Origin: Octopus sinensis
Lineage: Eukaryota
DNA: 12,856 bases
Assembly (NCBI RefSeq): GCF_006345805.1
Contig: NW_021826476.1
Span: 1 to 12,856, forward strand
Reading direction: 5' to 3'
Shown: positions 7,731-12,856 of the stretch, piece by piece
How the letters are laid out: the number at the start of each line of letters is the position of its first letter
How positions within the stretch are numbered: the stretch's first letter is position 1
Notes under the pieces: generated by a model
The model's input: the letters and a program-made list of their open reading frames with translations, nothing else
Databases searched by the model: none
Told to the model about the DNA's origin: nothing
Translations under genes and position numbers: made by a program

Positions 7731-7939
7731 TACATGCACTGCCTGTGATTCTATACAATCTTTCAACCCGTTTCTCTTGCCAACCCCCACTCTCCTCCCA
7801 TCAAACTATCAACGGCCGCCATCTTTTAGCCCCATTACGCCGGTCAGATAAGCCGCCATTACAATTCATTAAAATCCTTACATTAACATTTAATAAAGGA
7901 GCTAATTTGATAAGGGACATCGACCTAAGAGTCAGAGAC

Positions 7940-8325
7940 TCTCACTCATGTCATTCACTCATTCACTCTGCTCAATCACTCACTTATTCAGTCACGTATT
8001 TGATTGCTCGAATCTCTCACTCACTGATTCTTTTTTCCTCGTATTTTTTGTACCTTTCCTTCTATTTCTCTTTCTCTGTCTCTGTCTCATTCGCTCAATG
8101 ACTCTCTCGTTCACTCAATCATCATTCATTCATATCACTCATTTACTCATGCACCCACTTTCGTTTTCCTTTTGCTTTTCTCTCATTTTTATTCTCTTAT
8201 TGTCACTCACTTCCTCAGTCACCCTCTCCTTCCCTTCCTCTCTCCCTCACTCACTCACTTGTTCTCTCTCACGCACGCACACACGCACACACACACACAC
8301 ACACCCTCTCTCTCTCTCTTTCCCT
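7940..8325. repeat. Degenerate (TCAC)n/(TC)n/(CA)n low-complexity tract
   Basis: Recurrent TCAC/TCAT/TCTC units. Confidence 0.8.
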
Positions 8326-8336
8326 CTAGCAACCTA

Positions 8337-8500
8337 CTGACAGAATCTTAATCACATCGAAAAAAACGTCTCGTAAGATTTGTTCCGCCTCTTAACATTC
8401 TGAGTTCAAATTTTACCTTGGTCAGCTTTACCTTTCATCCTTGCTAGATCGATAAACTAAATTGGCAGCCAAGAAATTGCATCGATAGTACCGTCTACTT
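8337..8500 (+). mobile_element. Old, diverged copy of the SINE family seen at 12641
   Basis: CTGACAGAATC...TTCTGAGTTCAAATT...CTTTACCTTTCATCCTT...TCGATAAA is collinear with CTGGCAGAAAC...TTCTGAGATCGAATT...CTTTGCCTTTCATCCTTTC...TCGATAAAA at 12650-12770. Confidence 0.72.
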
Positions 8501-8515
8501 CTTGAACTCAAAAGT

Positions 8516-8753
8516 CTTTCAGCTGACCAATAAGACATTCGGGCTTCAGTTGCACAAAGATCTCCTTGACTGGGTTGAGAACGATTGAAAGTCTATGAAA
8601 ACTTTGCGCAGGCATCTGGGCAGGTATCACCAAGCAAAATTTGATCCAGATTATCTGCTCAACTTTCTGTCATGGTCAATGCGACGACCACACGCTACAC
8701 CCCTTCCTTCCAAACGCTGCTGTAAACTGCGGAAGTGAGCTAGAACGTTAAAC
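8516..8753 (+). mobile_element. Probable mariner-derived non-autonomous fragment
   Basis: 8516-8607 translates, with a stop and a frameshift, as LSADQ*DIRASVAQ/DLLDWVEND. This resembles the mariner linker helix between WVPxxL and TGDETW. The right boundary is uncertain. Confidence 0.5.
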
Positions 8754-8784
<31 letters not shown>

Positions 8785-8872
8785 ATATTATATATATTAT
8801 ATATATTTATGTATATATATAATATATTAAATATATATATATGTGTGTGTGTGTGTCTGTGTGTATGTATAT
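8754..8872. repeat. (TA)n/(TG)n microsatellite
   Basis: Read directly from the sequence. Confidence 0.92.
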
Positions 8873-9180
8873 ATTGGGTTGACTGTTTTTCAAATTTGTT
8901 AAACAAAACATTACAACAAATTAATCAATAATATGCTCTCTGTTGCTGTTGTTGTTTATGACTTCCTCCCATCGTTCAATAAGTTTTTTGATGCCTGGAC
9001 GATAGAAATCTCCCGGTCTTGACTCAAAGTATTCGTCCAACTACGCCCTCAATTCCACAATTATTGAGCAATACACCGCACAAAGCGTTCGAAAGCGGTC
9101 GAAAGAGATGAAAATCTGACGGCGCCAAGTCTGGAGCGTATGGAGGATGAGGCAGCATTTCCCATTCGAGTTGTTGAATC
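8872..9180 (-). mobile_element. Mariner (DD34D-type) transposon 3' portion: transposase C-terminus and remnant terminal inverted repeat
   Basis: Minus strand 9179-8921: [84 protein letters not shown]. This carries the mariner YSPDLAPSD motif and typical C-terminus, and is not in the ORF track. The end TATTGGGTTG at 8872 looks like a mariner TIR next to a TA. Confidence 0.9.
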
Positions 9181-9478
9181 GAGCTGACGAGGACTGCTTC
9201 TGCTCTTTGGTGAATTGCACAGTCACTCTATTAGAAGGCGGAATCCCAAGGTTTTCTACAATTTTACGCTGACAATGTCCACCTTCAGAATAACCCACAT
9301 TAGGGCCTCTTTGAAATTCAGAGTTTTAAAGCTTCTTTTGTACATGACATGATGAAACAGTCACATATAGAACCTGAAACATAAAAATGTCAATTAAAAA
9401 AAATGTAAATCTTTACAAGTTAGAATAAACACAAAACGATGTTTTATGGGGTGTCTATTTACTTCTGTCATGTGTGTG
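9181..9478 (-). mobile_element. Tc1-like transposon 5' portion: TIR-like end and N-terminal HTH remnant
   Basis: ATG at 9350, then [45 protein letters not shown]. This resembles Tc1 paired-like HTH N-termini (ELSEFERGRIVG..E.G.S.R.IA..LG). Candidate TIR CACACATGACAGAAGTAAATAGACACCCC at about 9476-9448. Confidence 0.65.
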
Positions 9479-9569
9479 TTTGTGTATATATATATACATA
9501 TATGTATGTATGTATATATATACATATATGTTTGCGCGTGTGTGTGTATGTATATATTTATATGTCTAA

Positions 9570-9762
9570 ATGTTTGTGTTTCTCTCTGTATGACATTTCC
9601 CACCACAACTTGACAAACAGTGAGAGTTTGTTTGCGTCTCCGAAGAAACACCAGACTTAATAAGGAAAAGGAAATTTAAGAGTCGATTTGCTCAATTAAG
9701 CACTTCAAGGTGGCGCTCCAGCACAGCCGCAATCACGTGACTGAAACAAGTAAAAGATAAAA
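9570..9762 (+). mobile_element. Diverged 3' half of the SINE family at 5225-5633
   Basis: CTTGACAA...GTTTGCGTCTCCG...GTCGATTTGCTC...GGTGGCGCTCCAGCACAGCCGCAATCACGTGACTGAAACAAGTAAAAGA matches the reverse complement of 5240-5440, with an internal deletion. Confidence 0.8.
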
Positions 9763-9874
9763 CATAGCTAACTAGAGATGTGTCAGTAGGTCGAATGAAA
9801 TTTTCAACAATTTTCGAGAATGTATTTTTAATTATAGTTAATACGGAAAAAATTTAACTACAAATAATCATGAT

Positions 9875-10103
9875 GTCTATCACTGGACTTGTGATGATAA
9901 GATTGTGGTTTCGATTCCTGGACCGGGTGACGCGTTGTGTTCATGAGCAAAACACTTCATTTCACGTTGCTGCAGTCCACTTAGCTGACAAAAGTAATTA
10001 ATTCTGCGACTGACCGCTGCCCCGCCCAGGAGGGGAATATATGCGTAATGGAAACCAGGAAATCGAACCTATAAATTTGTATCACTCGGAAGTAACTTTA
10101 CTT
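9875..10103 (+). mobile_element. tRNA-derived CORE-like SINE (third family), 5' end degraded
   Basis: B-box GGTTTCGATTCC (9907-9918) followed by CORE-like TGTGTTCATGAGCAAAACACTTCAT; ends in AACTTTACTT. Confidence 0.65.
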
Positions 10104-10422
10104 ATTTACTCCTATCATTAATTATGAATTTTAATCTATGGCCGGCCATATTTTTTTTAATAATATCTAATATACTACTCTCAACTCATAAGTTCTCTTT
10201 AGGTTAGAATGTCATTATTGGAGAGCTTGTGGATGCCCTTGTTCTATTTCTAATGCGTCGCAAGAACTTTCAATTTATTCTATGCGTATATATTTTTTAA
10301 GTAGAAATCAAAATCAAAAACAAAAAACAATTTTTAAACTGATTGGTATACTTCAATTCACTTGTATCTGAAGATACTCTCAACACACACACAAGTATTT
10401 ATTTATATTAGAAAAAAACCCC

Positions 10423-10671
10423 TATGTATGTATGCATGTGTGTATATATATATGTATATATATATATATATATAATATATATATATATATATAGGTATAT
10501 ATAGAATGGACGAAAGCGCTAATATATATGATATATGATATTTGATGTATAAAACATGTAATATACGAATAAATATCTGTAAATATAAAACCATCCGAAT
10601 TTCTGAGTACCTCATTTCTTCTAATATAAAATACCTGTACATCATCTCCAAACCTTCCAATATATATATAT

Positions 10672-10703
<32 letters not shown>

Positions 10704-10736
10704 CAAACATATGTATGTATGTATATATTTATATAT

Positions 10737-10769
<33 letters not shown>

Positions 10770-10800
10770 CACAAGAAATAATTTTTGCTTCTTTTTATTA

Positions 10801-10836
<36 letters not shown>

Positions 10837-10872
10837 TGTATGTATGTATGTATGTATGTGTGTATGTATGTA
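10423..10872. repeat. Cluster of (TA)n, (CA)n and (TATG)n microsatellites with a unique island at 10504-10660
   Basis: Read directly from the sequence. Confidence 0.9.
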
Positions 10873-11002
10873 TTACTTTATTTTACGTAGACCATATTGG
10901 TGAATATGGCCAACATTAAAATGATGCGTACCATCACGACAACGATGACTTTCACGGCAATGAGGAGAACGACAATACTTGTGCCGATCAGGCGATCCTG
11001 AT

Positions 11003-11033
11003 AATAATTACGATGATGATGATAAAGATGATG

Positions 11034-11085
<52 letters not shown>

Positions 11086-11110
11086 AAAGAACAACGATAA
11101 TAATAACGAA
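11003..11110. repeat. (ATA)n/(ATG)n trinucleotide repeat
   Basis: Read directly from the sequence; perfect (AAT)n at about 11035-11082. Confidence 0.95.
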
Positions 11111-11589
11111 TGAAATTAAAATTCACAATTTCACTTATTTTACCCTAATTGTGAAATATATATCGATAGGTTTACTGATATACACACATCCGTACATACA
11201 TACATATGTGTGTGTGTATGTGTGAGGACCAAAAGAGATATATTTTTATATATTACAGCATGTATTTGCTTGCCTGTCTGAGTATGCTTGTGCACACTCA
11301 TACAGATACACACACATACATACATATATGTGTGTGTGTGTAGGTTTGTATTTGTATGTATCTATGTAAAACTACTTCAACATATTATCCCCTCCCCTCA
11401 TAGAGTGTAATTACAATAAGACGCGCCCATTTTTTTCTTCTTCCAATAATAAAAAATAATATACTTTCGAAAAGATACTTTCAAATAACTACACTTGCAT
11501 TCAAAATTTTAGCGATTGTAAAATTGAAATATAATTTGAAGATACTCAGAACGTGAAATTCATACTAGAGCTTACCCACTTGAATTACA

Positions 11590-11618
11590 TAGATAATATT
11601 ATATATATATATATATAG

Positions 11619-11651
<33 letters not shown>

Positions 11652-11770
11652 AATATATATATATATATATCTATATACATATATAATATATACATATATA
11701 TATATATATATATATCTATATATCTATATATATATATATATATATATGCTATATATATGTATATATACAA
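11590..11770. repeat. Imperfect (TA)n microsatellite
   Basis: Read directly from the sequence. Confidence 0.95.
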
Positions 11771-12039
11771 TGTTTACCCCTCCTCCACATACACACACAC
11801 ATATAAACTTTGTGTGTTTGTATTGATGGGAGTACATGGAATAATAAAAATAATTATGATGTTTTTTCGCACTCGGCTGCTTATACCATGAGTTCGAGAT
11901 GATGACAAATATTTTCCATACTCCCAATTATTTCTATAATTTAATTTAAGTTTATCTATGAACATACACACACACACACACATATCAATACATATATACA
12001 TACAAGTTACGTAGACGCTTCTTTCCTTTTTGTATACAC

Positions 12040-12087
12040 TATCTCTCTCTCTCTCTCTCCTCTCTCTATCTATCTATCTCTCTCTCT

Positions 12088-12142
<55 letters not shown>

Positions 12143-12288
12143 TGTGTGTGTGCGTGTTCATTCATCTGTGTGTGTGCGCGTGTTAATTTATATATATATA
12201 TGTATATACATATATACATGCGTGCGCATGTATGTACATATGTTTATATGCATGCATATACGATGTGTGTGTGCGTGTGTGTGTGTAT

Positions 12289-12372
<84 letters not shown>
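12040..12372. repeat. Compound (CT)n(TA)n(TG)n microsatellite
   Basis: Read directly from the sequence. Confidence 0.95.
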
Positions 12373-12373
<1 letters not shown>

Positions 12374-12640
12374 CTGATCGTCTGTATGTAACTTTCCTTT
12401 TCTTCAAAAAATATTTTTTTAAAAATCTGAATGTAAAATTGAAATTATGCAGAATTGAAGTGATCCGAATTTCAAAGTTAATTCTTTGACCTCATTAAAA
12501 GTTTCGATAAAAATAATCCTTAAAATACCAGAAGCGTTTCCTCAAATTCTGTGGACGGAATTCCTTTAAACGAGGTATTCCAAAAATAATTCAGTGCCTA
12601 ATTATTATATTCTACATACTTTACTATTTTGGATAATTAC

Positions 12641-12832
12641 GGCGGCGAGCTGGCAGAAACGTTGGCACGCCTGGTGAAATGCTTAGCGGTATTTCGTCTG
12701 TCTTTACGTTCTGAGATCGAATTCCGCCGAGGTCGACTTTGCCTTTCATCCTTTCGGGGTCGATAAAATAAGGTACCAGTTGCGTACTGGAGTTGATCGA
12801 CTGCCCTACCCCCGCCTAGAGTAGAAAAGAAT
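12641..12832 (+). mobile_element. tRNA-derived SINE with Meta/MESC-like central domain
   Basis: Head GGCGGCGAGCTGGCAGAAACGTTGG, B-box-like GAGATCGAATTCC (12713-12725), central GACTTTGCCTTTCATCCTTTCGGGGTCGATAAAATAAGGTACCAG (12735-12779). Related copies lie at 8337 and 5640. The domain name is assigned from memory. Confidence 0.82.
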
Positions 12833-12846
12833 ATGTTGTATATTAA

Positions 12847-12856
12847 GGCGGTGAGC
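12847..12856 (+). mobile_element. Start of a second, tandem copy of the same SINE, cut by the window edge
   Basis: GGCGGTGAGC matches GGCGGCGAGC at 12641 (9/10), but only 10 nt are visible. Confidence 0.55.

Noticed and set aside
7284-7851. Poly-E/K/S/F ORFs resembling acidic or basic proteins
   Set aside because: The (TTC)n repeat is stop-free in several frames; no splice or domain support.
10190-10372. Possible host exon: acceptor-like TTCTCTTTAG at 10193-10202, then LECHYWRACGCPCSIS...
   Set aside because: No recognisable homology and no convincing donor site; RNA-seq would be needed.
10364-10380. CTGAAGA as a hammerhead core; TGAAGATACTC also recurs near 11537
   Set aside because: No downstream stem II or GAAA, and an 11-nt match is plausible by chance.
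10403-12489. Numerous YI/CV/HT-repeat ORFs
   Set aside because: Dinucleotide and trinucleotide repeat artefacts.
12490-12545. Minus-strand CGAAAC / GGAAAC as further hammerhead halves
   Set aside because: No CUGANGA-like core, palindrome or stem I found.

Overview
AT-rich, microsatellite-saturated animal DNA, intergenic or intronic, with no recognisable host gene. From memory the SINE families resemble those of Octopus; this is inference and was not checked against a database. The window is almost entirely a patchwork of decayed mobile elements separated by (TA)n tracts. (1) Two CR1/L2-group LINE ORF2 pseudogenes of different subfamilies lie tail-to-tail (1-2450 +, 3681-4994 -). (2) There are several Penelope-like element (PLE) pieces, including a frameshifted GIY-YIG endonuclease exon (5853-6192). 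(3) At least three kinds of tRNA-derived SINE are present. (4) Tc1/mariner transposase remnants occur at 8516-9478. The most interesting signals are RNA-level and invisible in the ORF track. Three different type I hammerhead-ribozyme motifs can be folded by hand: 3238-3273 (+), 6326-6365 (+) and 6804-6883 (-), plus a probable half motif at 10508-10521. Each carries a different core variant, and all but 3238-3273 (apparently CpG-decayed) have a palindromic stem III. A double-hairpin 3' tail with a compensatory base change is shared by both LINEs and two SINE copies, which suggests a LINE-SINE mobilisation partnership. A Tc1 5' half appears fused to a mariner 3' half. Most ORFs in the supplied track are artefacts of microsatellites.
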